Source of the DNA: Octopus bimaculoides
Taxonomy: Eukaryota
Direction of reading: 5' to 3'
Assembly (NCBI RefSeq): GCF_001194135.2
Contig: NC_068988.1
Span: forward strand, 35,288,412 to 35,327,473
DNA: 39,062 nucleotides
Position numbers and translations under genes: made by a program
The notes under the pieces: model-generated
Databases searched by the model: none
What the model was told of the DNA's origin: nothing
The model's input: the letters and a program-made list of their open reading frames with translations, nothing else
Shown here: positions 14,291 through 28,442 of the stretch, in pieces
Layout of the letters: every line of letters starts with the position of its first letter
Position numbering within the stretch: position 1 is the stretch's first letter

Positions 14291-15049
14291 TTAGTTCTAA
14301 GTTATTCGTCGTCTCACTGTAGAATAGTTGGTTTCTAGATATCAAATTACTACAAACTAAGAAAAGAGATATAGTTTACTTAGTTACCTGAAAAAAAAAA
14401 AAACCTAAACATTTTCGCAAAGTTATAAATCATGTTAATGCATCAAGCGTTATTGTTATTATATAAACTCACGCACACACATACGCACACTGAAACACGC
14501 ACAAACACTTAAATACATATACACTAATTCACACATGTAGGAATATATGTATTCGAATGTGCATTATCGTCGATGGCTAACATTCCCGAGGCTAGCAATG
14601 CCAGCAGTCTATATAAATATTTCTTTCTGATGTAGAAATATGTCTTTCATCTTTGTCATCAAACGTGATAAATATACATATTTCTACACCTATCTACATA
14701 CCACAATTCTAGCATGCATCACAATTGCAATAGCTGAGTGTTCTTAAGGAGTCTAACACTTGTTTTGTTCGTCTAATCCGTTAATATACGAGTTATATAT
14801 GTATCGTGATAATTTAGCAAAAGCAATTTATGCTTTTGAACGATGGTGCCTCTTTCACTCACCAGCATTCTCTATTAGTGTCTTGTTATATACCTACATT
14901 CATACATACACGTATATGCATACATGCACGCATGCACACGTATGTATGTATGTATGTATGTATTTATGTATGTATGTATGTACGTATGTACGTATGTGTG
15001 TATGGAACGAGGTAACAAGAATACTTCAGACTGGTCAGTGGCAAGGACT

Positions 15050-15245
15050 TAAATGAAAAAAGAAGGGGGATATATACTAAACACCATAAAAAAGAAATTC
15101 TTAATTCATTGAAATTATCTTCCTTCCGAGAGAAGGTAAACAAAGTTCCCAGTATCAATTTCAGTCGACTATAGATAAGAAATAAACTCAAGAAAAATCT
15201 CCCAAACTCCTGTATTAACATGCTCTCTATCTATCTATCTATCTA

Positions 15246-15276
<31 letters not shown>

Positions 15277-15321
15277 GCCTGTCTGTCTGTCTGTGTCAGT
15301 CTGTTTATGTATGTATATAAG

Positions 15322-15388
<67 letters not shown>

Positions 15389-16260
15389 GAGGGTTTATGC
15401 ACTATTCTTCCTGTACTATTCTTCAACTAATTATTTTAGATCAAAAGAATTGAAAAAATGAAATATAGTAGGATATTTACTTAACCTAAGAGTCACAAAG
15501 AACAAGAAGTGTGTACATGTTGACGCAAATCTTAGCACAAGTTAATGCAGCCTTTTTGATAACCCAAACGAAGAAGCTACCTACATTAATACAGTCACAA
15601 ACCACCCACTATCAATCATCAAATCACTTACAATTACTATTAGCTGGCGTATTTCTGGTTTAACCAAGGATTTAAAAAGAAAATCTGCATTAAAGACGAC
15701 CTATAGATCACAACAGACTAATGAGCTCCAACTTTACTGAAAATATTGCACATACTGAACGTACGCCAAATAGATCGGAACGACGTAGAATGATACCAGA
15801 GATTTAATTCATCATACCAAAATTCTGTCAAAATTAGTTATAGCTGCCTCCCTATAATAAGTTCACAAATCTTTAACTACAATAAATAAACAAATAAACT
15901 ATAACAACCCCTTACAACAATTATGTAACTTCAGATCCCTTACATTCCCCACATTGGTGGCATGACAAAGCCTCTCAAATAAAGATTCACATAACATGTA
16001 GCTTCTCTCGGTATTAAAAGCAAGCGTAATACGATATTATTATCTGAATTTTCATGGAATCTAGAGGTATGTAGAATGGATAATCCACACATGATTTGTG
16101 ACAGCTTTGCTAAAATCAGTAAATATAACGTACGAAATATTGATCTTGGCAGTAAAACGCAGAAGAGAAGAAGCATTCTCACTACCCCATATATAAAACG
16201 CTTTGAATTTCAAAACTTTAAACACGTTCCAGGTCCAACTGTACCTTAAATTCAACCCAG
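15050..16260 (+). mobile_element. Degraded Penelope-like element (RT C-terminal region and GIY-YIG remnants)
   Basis: NPNEEATYINTVTNHPLSIIKSLTITISWRISGL (15561-15663) resembles PLE 'KPN..P.YIN..SNHPPSIIK.LP..ISRRIS.LS'; GMTKPLK*RFT*HVAS..LSEFSWNL (15953-16060) resembles GIY-YIG 'YIG.T...FK.R...H..SF..LS..VW.L'; interrupted by TCTA/TCTG repeat. Confidence 0.6.
15225..15388. repeat. (TCTA)n/(TCTG)n compound microsatellite
   Basis: Direct reading. Confidence 0.95.
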
Positions 16261-16924
16261 CTATCCCCGGCTTTTTTTCCTACCTAGCACTGAATCCGCA
16301 ACATAAAAGCACAAGACATTTAGCATACCTTCATACCATATTCATCACTATATATCCTAAACTCTCCTCCATCAGAACACACTCGTCCTAACAATTATAT
16401 GCATATATGAAGAAAAAAATCATGTACAAAACAACAATAATGCTACTGCATATAAGCCTCACACAAATATAGAATAACTATAGTTGGTCCATTGGAATAT
16501 GCCATAGATCATTACTCTGGTATAATACGTTATTTTAAGCAACATAATGGCGTCTCTCCACATACAGGATAACATACTCGTACAATTGTAGAGAAAAGAT
16601 AGAGGAGAGCGAAAACTAGAAGTAGACGAGAGAGATAGATAGAAGACGTCCAGTCCTTAGAACGTCGAGCAGGAAAAGAAAGTGGTTACGTGAGGAAAAG
16701 AAAGATGGACGATGGTCACCTGTGAGCAACGAGAGAGGGAAAAAGAGAAAAGGGAGAGAGAGACACACACACAGACAGAAAACGATGAAGTGGAGAAAAA
16801 AAGAATTAGAGAAGGATGAGGGAGAAAACAGGGAAGAGTAGCGTCACATCAAAAAGGTTAAGATAAACTTACTTGGAAATGGATGAGCGCCGTTAAATAA
16901 TAATATAGATAATATATACATATG

Positions 16925-17397
<473 letters not shown>

Positions 17398-17964
17398 CGT
17401 CACTTACAGTTACCTACATGCAACATACATATACAAAATTCTAGCAAGTACGCACACTCGAAATAAAATATGCGCTTTAAGTCCAATACTGAAATATAGT
17501 ATATAGTAGGCCTCAAATGATTTCTACTACATGTACAATATTCTGTATTGAATATAAACACGCAGGTGATATATTAATTGTACAATTATGTATCATGTTA
17601 TTAGTTATAGATTATCAAGTTGGAACCTTTCTTGTTTCCAAAAGACTCTTTGCACCCCGAAAACGCTTTTATGGCCATCATACAACTTGAGGGAAATCAA
17701 CCAATACCATTGCCTCTCAATGAATGGTTCTCTTCACTTACTTAACCAGTCCCTTTGTTTTGTATCATCTGTAATCTGATGACATCTCGTATTGAAATCT
17801 CGCATAAAAGAAGGCATAGCTGTCGCTTTTATTCGAACTGCGATTGAATAATTGTAAAATCATTCATCTGACACTATTGGTATCGTATTGGTAGCAGTCT
17901 ACTATTAGAAAAATATAATTATCAACCAATACTTTGTTGACTACTCAATCTTAAATTCTCTTAC

Positions 17965-18106
17965 TAACACACACACACACACAACCATATATATGTACAT
18001 GCATGCATTCATGGGCACGCGCGCGCACGTACAAATATACATGCATACATATATATGTGTGTGTGTATGCATGTATATAAATGAATGCATGTATGTGTGC
18101 GTGTGC

Positions 18107-18191
<85 letters not shown>

Positions 18192-18235
18192 CATAGATGG
18201 ACAGATACACGGATATACATATATATATATGTATA
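17965..18235. repeat. Compound (AC)/(AT)/(AG) microsatellite
   Basis: Direct reading. Confidence 0.9.
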
Positions 18236-19245
18236 CTATCAATATATGTCCATTAAAAAAAGAAACGGTTTTATTCGTTTATGCATTGCTTTTCAACAAC
18301 AAAGAATAGTCAATTTTGGGAATATATATGAATATTTTGGTTGACTGTTATTCAGGTAATAAACCCTTCTCTAATCACCATGGTACTTACCACCCGAATT
18401 CTTGACAGAAAGTAGATTTTGGATTAAGAATAATGAGAAGTTGAAACATTAGTCACCCTAAAATACCATATGCCACTATTTTCACGTTTCTAATTCTTGA
18501 GCTTGATGTATTAAGCATTTTCACTTCCATAAATATGCCACTAATATTTATTCAGTGCAGGTGTTCCAATATTTATATGAATGTATCAATGATGACAGAT
18601 GCAAGATCATTACTTTTACGAATGATAAATTTGGTCGGCACTGTAATTTAAACAGTGAAAAATGAAAAATTTCCGTATAAAATTGAAAAGTACACATCAA
18701 CCAACTCTCAAATGATTAATACACATTGTACCGTGGTAAGACAACTCTGTATATTACGCATACATGTAGTATAATTCAATATTACAACAGTCAAAATGAC
18801 ATTGATATTCATCTTAGAAATTCGGCAAGTCTAATAGTAACTTTTTCCTGATGAAGAGCTGGTAATTTTGTGCACTAATAGCGTTTTACTGATATTTAAT
18901 AGTAAATTAATAGTTATACGTGCATACACATACAAACTTACTTACATATATGCTTACATACATAGATATATGCATTCATTCATTCATATATACATACATA
19001 CATACATTCACAAATACATGCATACATACATACACACATACATACACTCATACATACATAATTATATGCCTGCCTGCATGCATACATACATAAATGCGTT
19101 CCCATATACATACGTGGTGAAAATACAAAGTAAAAGCAACTTCAGAGTAAAAGACAGAGTTTTAAATACATAACCAGTGTAGATGTGCGAGTAATATTTG
19201 AGAAGGTATTTAGTAATTTATTAAAACTGTAATCTAGCAAAAGCC

Positions 19246-19782
19246 AAATGTACTTTAATAAAAATTGGTGCACCTGTTCTCGATAATGTTTCTTATAACA
19301 TTATCCCACGAAAAATGTACTTTAATAAAAATTGGTGCACTTTTTCTCGATAATGTTTCTTATAACATTATCCCACGGAAAATGTACTTTAATAAAAATT
19401 GGTGCACTTTTTCTCGATATTGTTTCTTATAACATTATCCCACGAAAAATGTACTGTAATAAAAATTGGTGCACTTTTTCTCGAGAATGTTTCTTATAAC
19501 ATTATCCCACGAAAAATGTACTTTAATAAAAATTGGTGCACTTTTTCTCGATATTGTTTCTTATAACATTATCCCACGGAAAATGTACTGTAATAAAAAT
19601 TGGTGCACTTTTTCTCGATATTGTTTCTTATAACATTATCCCACGAAAAATGTACTTTAATAAAAATTGGTGCACTTTTTCTCGAGAATGTGTCTTATAA
19701 CATTATCCCACGAAAAAATGTACTTTAATAAAAATTGGTGCACTTTTTCTCGATATTGTTTCTTATAAAATTAACCCACGAA
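19246..19782. repeat. 67-bp minisatellite, 8 copies
   Basis: Unit TTTAATAAAAATTGGTGCACTTTTTCTCGATATTGTTTCTTATAACATTATCCCACGAAAAATGTAC starting at 19254, 19321, 19388, 19455, 19522, 19589, 19656, 19724. Confidence 0.97.
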
Positions 19783-19854
19783 TTCCCTTTTAACTTCGCA
19801 TGATTGTTTGAATGTGAGATTAGAAACATTGACATGCCTGCACTGAATTGTTTG

Positions 19855-20045
19855 TGGCGAGCTGGCAGAATCGTTAGCACGCTGGACAAAATACTTAGCA
19901 GTATTTCGCCTATCGCTACGTTCTGAGTACAAATTCCACCAATGTTGACTCTGCTTTTAATCCTTTCGGGGTGACACACTGGGGTCGTTATAATCGACTA
20001 GTTCTCTCCCCCAAATTTTAGACCTTGTGTTTATATGTAAAAAGT
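19855..20045 (+). mobile_element. tRNA-derived SINE (family A)
   Basis: GGCGAGCTGGCAGAATCGTTAGCAC head, ttctgagtacaaattcc B-box variant, cctttcggggt, ggggtcg..atcgac, tail gaccttgtg. Confidence 0.85.
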
Positions 20046-20859
20046 ATTTTTCGGATATTACCTGGACAATGGCAACCTTCAAGGAGGATGTCGATATAAA
20101 TCTCTGATTCCAAGCGTTGTAAATCATGGCATTAAAATCTGAGGGGTTTGGTGATACCTGACATCCATCCTCAGGCTACGTGGGTGCTGAGTTTTGTCGA
20201 AACACGTACGGCCTTCAAATGCGTAACTCATTAATCCAAGGCTTAAGAACTGTCTCCACCTAGTCAGTGTATCCATCAGCATTAATTCTAAGACATGTTG
20301 GAAACGCGTGTGCTGGTATGACATGACATTTGTTACTCACCACTTATAAGACAATCGCAGTTACAGGTAAGAGCATCAGTCTGGAAACATTAATTGAATC
20401 TCATTGTGTGTTCGAAAGTTTCTAATGTTCTTTTCTCTCTTCTTAGCGCATTTGGTTATGTTTGCAAATGTCTAGGTATAAATCTTGAAAAATTTAGTGT
20501 TTCCAGACAAAGAATGTAACTAGCTTCCACGTTCTCTGAACGTTACAATTCGTAAACGGAACTGGTGAAATATGTAAAGCTTTTCTAAGATTTGACACGT
20601 GAGCGTTGTCCGTAGTTGTCATCTCAATTGCGGCAAAATAACGCATCAACGAGGCAAATGTGAAATCGCAACACTGATATTCGAGCTTCAGGAAACAGTA
20701 ATTAAATCGAGCTCAAATCACATCGTCTAAAGGAGAAAGACATTAGATATAATAAATTTGAAGAATCAAACAGAAAGAAAAGACAATGGGATGATGCAGG
20801 CCAAAACTATTGTAGACTTTTCTTCAATCAGTGTTGACTCATCGATGAGTAACATCGTC

Positions 20860-21177
20860 ATCGTCATCGTCATCGTCATCATCATCGTCATTGTTGTTAC
20901 TACCGTCCTCCACGTCATCATTATCGCCGTTAATCTTCGTCGTTGTCGTTCTCGATGTCGTCACCGATGTCACCAACCCACCGCTGCTGCTGCCACCACC
21001 AGCGCCGCCACCAGCCCCACCAACACCACACCATCGTCAGCATCAACAGCAGCAGCACCACCACAGCACCGCCAGCATCAACAGCAGCAGCAGCAGCTCT
21101 ACCACCACCACCACCACCACCACCACCACCACCACCACCACCACCACCACCACCACCACCACCACAACCACCATCAT

Positions 21178-21208
<31 letters not shown>

Positions 21209-21240
21209 AGCAACAACAAAAACAACAACAACAACAACAA
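20860..21240. repeat. Compound trinucleotide tract (CAT/CGT, CAC, CAG, CAA)
   Basis: Direct reading; explains the poly-H/T/P/Q ORFs in all frames. Confidence 0.9.
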
Positions 21241-21749
21241 AGATATCAACATGTATGTATGTATGTTTATAAGCTCCAACCTACAAACAAAGAGCGATAC
21301 CTTATAAGATGTTAATCGATAAACAACAACCATTAATATACACTTAGTCTTGTTCTATTTAGATATCAAGTTAAACCCCAGTATTAAGCTACAAATGATT
21401 AATTCATTTGTCACTGTTACTTATTCTTATATTGTCGAGTGAGAGCTACTCTTAAGTGAACATATGACCAAGAACCTTTCAGTCATGACCAACTTGTCTT
21501 TTCTTGAACAGAGTTTACGTATAACCACCTTGTCTAACATATTCTTCTTTGCTACAAGGTAAAGAGTTGATTAGGTGGCATTTGGCTGCTGTTTCCTGCA
21601 GGTTGTGCAGCAGTATAGTGAGCGGTATCTTGCTTAAGTAACTGAAACTGATGTTCATCAAGCGTTGTTATGGTGATCTATAGTTATCTATAGTTTTCAT
21701 GTTCCCACGCTATCAAATAAATCCTACACTTACATACACTCCCATACAC

Positions 21750-21759
<10 letters not shown>

Positions 21760-21799
<40 letters not shown>

Positions 21800-22680
21800 N
21801 NNNNNNNNNNNNNNNNNNNNNNNNNNNNNNNNNNNNNNNNNNNNNNNNNNNNNNNNNNNNNNNNNNNNNNNNNNNNNNNNNNNNNNNNNNNNNNNNNNNN
21901 NNNNNNNNNNNNNNNNNNNNNNNNNNNNNNNNNNNNNNNNNNNNNNNNNNNNNNNNNNNNNNNNNNNNNNNNNNNNNNNNNNNNNNNNNNNNNNNNNNNN
22001 NNNNNNNNNNNNNNNNNNNNNNNNNNNNNNNNNNNNNNNNNNNNNNNNNNNNNNNNNNNNNNNNNNNNNNNNNNNNNNNNNNNNNNNNNNNNNNNNNNNN
22101 NNNNNNNNNNNNNNNNNNNNNNNNNNNNNNNNNNNNNNNNNNNNNNNNNNNNNNNNNNNNNNNNNNNNNNNNNNNNNNNNNNNNNNNNNNNNNNNNNNNN
22201 NNNNNNNNNNNNNNNNNNNNNNNNNNNNNNNNNNNNNNNNNNNNNNNNNNNNNNNNNNNNNNNNNNNNNNNNNNNNNNNNNNNNNNNNNNNNNNNNNNNN
22301 NNNNNNNNNNNNNNNNNNNNNNNNNNNNNNNNNNNNNNNNNNNNNNNNNNNNNNNNNNNNNNNNNNNNNNNNNNNNNNNNNNNNNNNNNNNNNNNNNNNN
22401 NNNNNNNNNNNNNNNNNNNNNNNNNNNNNNNNNNNNNNNNNNNNNNNNNNNNNNNNNNNNNNNNNNNNNNNNNNNNNNNNNNNNNNNNNNNNNNNNNNNN
22501 NNNNNNNNNNNNNNNNNNNNNNNNNNNNNNNNNNNNNNNNNNNNNNNNNNNNNNNNNNNNNNNNNNNNNNNNNNNNNNNNNNNNNNNNNNNNNNNNNNNN
22601 NNNNNNNNNNNNNNNNNNNNNNNNNNNNNNNNNNNNNNNNNNNNNNNNNNNNNNNNNNNNNNNNNNNNNNNNNNNNNNNN

Positions 22681-22720
<40 letters not shown>
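21760..22720. other. Assembly gap 21800-22680 bordered by (CA)n and (AT)n
   Basis: N run; other gaps at 17041-17344, 28689-29015, 32631-32961, 36083-36249, 38349-38489. Confidence 0.99.
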
Positions 22721-23756
22721 GTCTATATGCATGTATCTGTCTATCAAAACTATCTATATGCGTATAAACACACACACACACACACGCACACACACGCCAG
22801 CACACTCATATATCATGTCTCACTAATACATTCGGTAAGAAATGAGTATGTTTAAGTGCGCACATGACTTTTACAATTATTTTTCTCACTGTCTGAAATG
22901 AAACAAATGAAAAATGAGTTATTGATTTTTTGAAAAAAGATATTATTTAATAACTCTTTGAATTCACTTGATAAAATTTACACAATATACTACTGCACAT
23001 CAATTCAACCAACTGACACGACCCGGCTATATTACTGAGATTGTCGTGTGAAGAAAATGTTTTTAAAAAATGTTGAACAGATTTGGTGTTACACGGCAGA
23101 GACATTTGAGTTTCATGAGTTCCCTTTTTCTTTCCTCTAAAATATATGACCTTTGTGCCTACTCCAAATGCAATATTATTGCTAGTTGTTTATAGTCATC
23201 GTTGGTATTTGCCCACAGCTCAGTGTTAGCAGCCCTATGATAGCTGGTGTTCAAACTCTCACCTCAAGCTCCTCGTGTTTTCCCCCAGTAAAACAGTGTG
23301 ACAAGCATTACATTATTCTCAATTAGCTTTCATTTTTTAAGGAATAAAATGTGATATGAGGAGGTTTTAACGTATATTTTGTAACAGAGTAACCAAACCA
23401 CACAGTGGACAAGTTCCAACTTCTGTCCGCAGCTGTGCTATCCCTTCTCAGTCCCTAAGGGACACGCTGCAGTTTCGAAGCCAAAGACACACTGTTTCTA
23501 TCCTCTTTCACTAAAGGACTCTTTCCAATCCCCGGCTCACATTTGTGCTGTCTTCTCTGTCATTCAATAAAAAACAGGGTCTAGCCTCTAACTTACAAGT
23601 CTTCATTCTCCTGTATTTGTCTCATTATAATGCACTCTGTTCAATGAAGCTGGCTCTACCATTTAGGAAACCCTCAAACCACTTGTATTTCCACCATTTG
23701 TCGTTCTTGGTGCACCAATCCCCCACTTCTTGACCCCACCCTAACCATTATGCACT

Positions 23757-23804
23757 CTAGCACTTCGATCATCTAGCATTTCGATCATCTAGCACTTCGA
23801 TCAT
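23757..23804. repeat. 16-bp tandem repeat x3 (CTAGCAYTTCGATCAT)
   Basis: Direct reading. Confidence 0.9.
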
Positions 23805-24106
23805 CTGGAGTTTTTTCCTCAACCATTTCTTTGCTTCAGTTTTTGACCTGCAACATTTTCAGTATATTAACGACATTAAGCTCAGTGGTCTCTGAGCACC
23901 AGCAAAAGTCATAAACAACGTCCTTGCCTCTTGACTCATTTAGTATAAATCGAAACAATGGACACATCTTCAGCTGGCAACTCGGTATCGAAAATATTGA
24001 CAAAAGATTACATCGATTTAAATGCTTTGTGACAATTATATATCACGAAGGTAGACTTAGCTTTTCATGTCTTCACAATCAAGATCAATAAGGTGAACAG
24101 TAGGTC

Positions 24107-24145
<39 letters not shown>

Positions 24146-24846
24146 TATACGGGGATGAGGTAATAGTTTACACCTAGCCTCTAAAAGTTGTGGCCTCGTG
24201 CCAGTATGAAAAATAATTGATATACAGGGGTTAGTTTTGTGTCTAAAAGTCAATATTGATTTATTTTGCATTAAAAAAAGTATTCAATTCAATTGAAAAC
24301 AAATCAATAATATTCATTGTCATTGTAGTTACAAAGATAATATCATTGTAACCTAAGCTGCTCCATTGATTCAAACACAATATTTAATTTTTTTAAAAAA
24401 ATAAATAAAATATCATAAAACATGATAATGCGATAACAAAAACAGCGATTATATAAAATAACAAAAACGTAGCATACAATAACATATAATGTTACACAAA
24501 CAATATTTTCAATAGTAAAAAAAATAAATAGATAAATTTAAAATACAGTAAAAAACGAAAACATGATTGAGTACAATAATATATATCTTAGTAGACAGAG
24601 ATTACAATAGGTAAAGATGATAACAATAGGAATACACGGGAGGACAAAACATATTTCTACACATTTCAATGTAAGACAACACAGAGTCCTGCTTTGTGAA
24701 AGTATTAGTAAAAAGACAGAGAAGAAACTATTTTCCCATGACCCTACAGTCTTGAATACGTCTTTTAGCTTTGTACCAGATGACAACGGGGCAAGTTGAG
24801 TAGCTTCTATGTGGTCAACCACATGCTAGAAATAGCTACAGAAGCT

Positions 24847-24877
<31 letters not shown>

Positions 24878-25659
24878 CGTATTTTATCACACCTATCTTA
24901 TCGAAGGATACATTAAATGACGTGATTCTGGGGAGCGCTGTGCACTGAGTCTGAGAAACAGATGGGATAGTCACAAATGGATTACTTTTGATCATAGGTT
25001 TGACTGATCCATCGGGGGATTTACTCACAGGTACAGACCATCAACTACAACAGCAACAAGAAGCAAATGACAGCCGAATTTATAAGGCAAACATTAAGAA
25101 GTCGTTCGAGCAGCTAGACATAGCAACCAAACCTCCACTCAAATCATACCTTATCTTAAAATCAAAACGCTACAAGTAGACAAGTGAACATACGATGGTA
25201 TGACCATAATTGGAATGTTATAATTTTGTTCGAACAGGACTGATCTGAATTTAAACAACAACAACAACAACAACAAATCGGGGTAGAGAATAAGTTATAA
25301 TGATATGTCTAATGTCTAAGATCAAAATTAGACAGAAGCTTTCATTGTTTGTTGATGTTGATTAGTCGAAGGTAAACCGTAATTGAGAAAAACCATTTTG
25401 AAAGGTGTATAATGTATGAGACTCTCATCTTTATTCAGATATAGTGTATATCTATGGATATAGGATCTAAATATTTTTTTTTGTTATTTTAAGTAAATAG
25501 GGTGTGCTGTAAAAGAGATTTAATATTTATTTCTAGGAAATAGAGCGAGCAATGAGGAAAAAAATGGCAATGGATGTTCTAGTAGTATTCAGGACCAGCT
25601 GAAATTCTGTTACGACTTGCTGAAGCCTTCATCCATTTAACCTGAAGCAAAGTTAGGAA

Positions 25660-25820
25660 CTAAATAAAATCCTTAAAGCGTTGACTAGAATGTTTTACGA
25701 CATTCCTTCCGATTCCTTGTTCTCTTAGTTCAAATTCCACCAAGTTACCTTTGTCACTTATTCTTAGGGGGGTCGATAAATAAAGTACCAGTATAGCGCT
25801 AGGACCGATAATTGATTGCT
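25660..25820 (+). mobile_element. Degenerate tRNA-derived SINE (family A)
   Basis: agttcaaattccaccaag..ggggggtcgataaataaagtaccagt matches the family A body. Confidence 0.6.
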
Positions 25821-26364
25821 TGCTTACTTGCCTGCTTTCTCTCTGTCTTTATCTCCCTGGGCAATTAAAGTCCAGCTTTCTTATGTATTGTATAACACTC
25901 ATTCGGTAAGAGAATTATCTTAAGTTATCACCAGTCTGCGAAATATTCATTTGAGACGTATGACTTAAAATTAATTCAGTCGATGAACTGAATGGCACTG
26001 GTCGAAACTAACAGCAAACCATTCGAAGACGAGAGGCTGTAGCCATATCAACCAGTAATGCCGTAAAGTTAAAGCAAAATAAGAGGTTTCTCATTAATCT
26101 TTTTCCGCCAAGACATAATTTTGCAGTACACCGAAATTAAATTATCTGATACGTTACCGACTTTTCTTTACCACCAATTACCATCATAATTAGAGGTATG
26201 GTGATAGAAATCAGGTTCTTCGATTTTTATCCAGTGAACAAGGTTAGTACCGACGCTACTGGCTGCTTTATAACTGGTGTACATGTATTGTCTTAGCATG
26301 AACCAACCACGTGTTTTGTATTCACCATCTCGTATTTGCCATATTCTGTTTCGTATTCGCATTC

Positions 26365-26820
26365 AGAGAATATATCTTCTCAAACAACAGATATAAATGA
26401 AGCGAAGAACTTTCAATGTCTTACAGGCATGACTTTCTCTTCCTCTGCACTGTCATTTCTGAGATCTAAAATATAGCAATTTTATTATGAGAGTCTTATT
26501 GTATTAACAATGTCGTTTAAAGGGTCATATCTTAACAATAATGGCATTTTTCGGTGGCGAAGTCGATAATTATTGTAACATCTTGACAATAATTCAGTTA
26601 TATGCCCGAAGGAGACTTCTGCTGTAGTACTTTAGTGAAATAGGTAAGTAACAGTTAGTCGGTTCCATAATCAATGATGTGGTTGAATAACTTTATAACC
26701 AAGTATTTGAGTAAGGTAAAGAGAAACTGAGGTAGAAATTTATTCACAAAGCCTATGGTAACATTTGAACACAGAAATGCAAGCTGACTAAAAACTACTT
26801 TCCGTTATACAGAGCTTGAA
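26365..26820. repeat. Diverged direct repeat, copy 1 of 2
   Basis: Colinear with 31528-31965 (e.g. ttctcaaacaacaga, gcgaagaacttt, ttttattatgagagtcttattgtat, atcttgacaataattcagtta, gtaacatttgaacacagaa). Confidence 0.9.
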
Positions 26821-28442
26821 AGAGACTGAAACTGCAAACTATTTCCACTCTTATTAATACAAAACGAAATATGCGAAAAAGCATTATACCGTACGATATG
26901 TTACTATAGCTTACACTATAGCGTACAATATGTTACTTCTTGTTTCTTGTGTTCAGAATTATGGATTTAAAAAAGAGAAGAATAGTTCAATGGAACCCAT
27001 TACTTTATTATTTACTCTCCTTTCTTTTGACCAGAGTCTCATGGCCACATAAATTGTCAAAACACGACTGGGATATATTAAATATTTAGTAAACAGTTGG
27101 CAAATATGGCATACTTGATTTTTATTTCAAGAAAAGTTCCCACTGATGTAATAAATAAGGAGATATGTATCCCCCATCGATCTAACGTTTCGTTAGCCAA
27201 TGTTGAGTCTGCTTAAACAGTCTACATACTCAGAAAAGAGTGCAAGTTCCTGTTTACTAACAATAAGTATTATCATAAAACGGGTCTTGGTCGATTGCAG
27301 AGATAGAATATCAATGACTTGTGTTTATATCAATTACATTGGTATCATTTGTTAATTTCAACGGTGCTATTTGAATTTAGAATCTTTCAAATAAAAAAAG
27401 CCTCCGTATAGTTGCTCGACCTATTACAGATATCAGACAAACTTTACTCAAGTCAAAATATTATTATAAAAATGGAAGGACACACTGGATAATGCAATAC
27501 TAGATAAAATAGCTGATGAAAAAAAACAAGATGACAGATCTAATGTTGGTCCACCGTTCAATACAGATCTTTACAATCATGACAAAAATAAGGCAAAGCA
27601 ACATGAAAAACACCATCGTACCTATATCCATGGCTGTCAACACCATAAAACATTTAGTCTAACGACGTGATATTGCAATCAATACCATCATTCCAGGAAG
27701 TTCATTATTGATTTCTGTTAAATAAGCAAGGGTATAGGTATAATTAATTTAATTTTATGTTATCATTTTATCGATCTGGAAAATGTGAAATAAACGTCGA
27801 CCTTTTCAGGATGCGAATTCACAGTATCGAGGAATGAAACTGAATTCTCTAAGACATTTACTATGGTGATCTATGGTCTCTGACGTCAGCTCCATCTCGT
27901 CAACCTCTTAAAGCAATAACGTTAATTGAAAAACTACGAAAATACCAATTATATTAATTGCAAAAATATTAATTATATTAATTACTCTTAAATACGTAGA
28001 TACTAATTCACTAAACGCTAAAGCACATCTAAGATTTGTAAACTTTCAATTTTATTTTATATTCATATAAGGATAAATGTGTGTTTATTTATTTATTGAT
28101 TTTTTTGTTTCATTTCCTTTTCATCAGAGAAACATTTTATATGTTCAAAGAATCTTTAATCCAAAAATATGAACTTCATGCCACTTCATTGCATATTTCT
28201 AATTTTAATTAATTGGGACTTAAATGCATCAAGCCATTTCAAGCAGAATAATTTTTCTGGTTTTGAATGGTCGCCCTTGAAATTGGTACTCTTATTCAGT
28301 GCAGCAGAGCCATTAATGTCTGTTGACACTTTCAGAATGTGCGTCGAGTGGTTAATGAGGCTCCACTGTGTAGCTGATACATTTCATTTCATGATGAATG
28401 AAATAAAGAAAAGTGAAAAGAATAAACTATATTGGCGCATGC

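Noticed and set aside
19246-19782. CRISPR-like array
   Set aside because: Units are contiguous near-identical 67-mers with no unique spacers, no cas genes, and a eukaryotic context
20135-20185. Minus-strand CTGAGGA...AAAC hammerhead-like motif
   Set aside because: GAAA box incomplete, stem II weak, no stem I complement
24538-25179. Short ORFs (94 aa minus, 63 aa plus) as host exons
   Set aside because: No recognisable domain, weak splice context, lengths within chance expectation
26365-26820. Duplicated block as paralogous coding exons
   Set aside because: Stops shared by both copies or frameshifts in the frames translated; no recognisable protein
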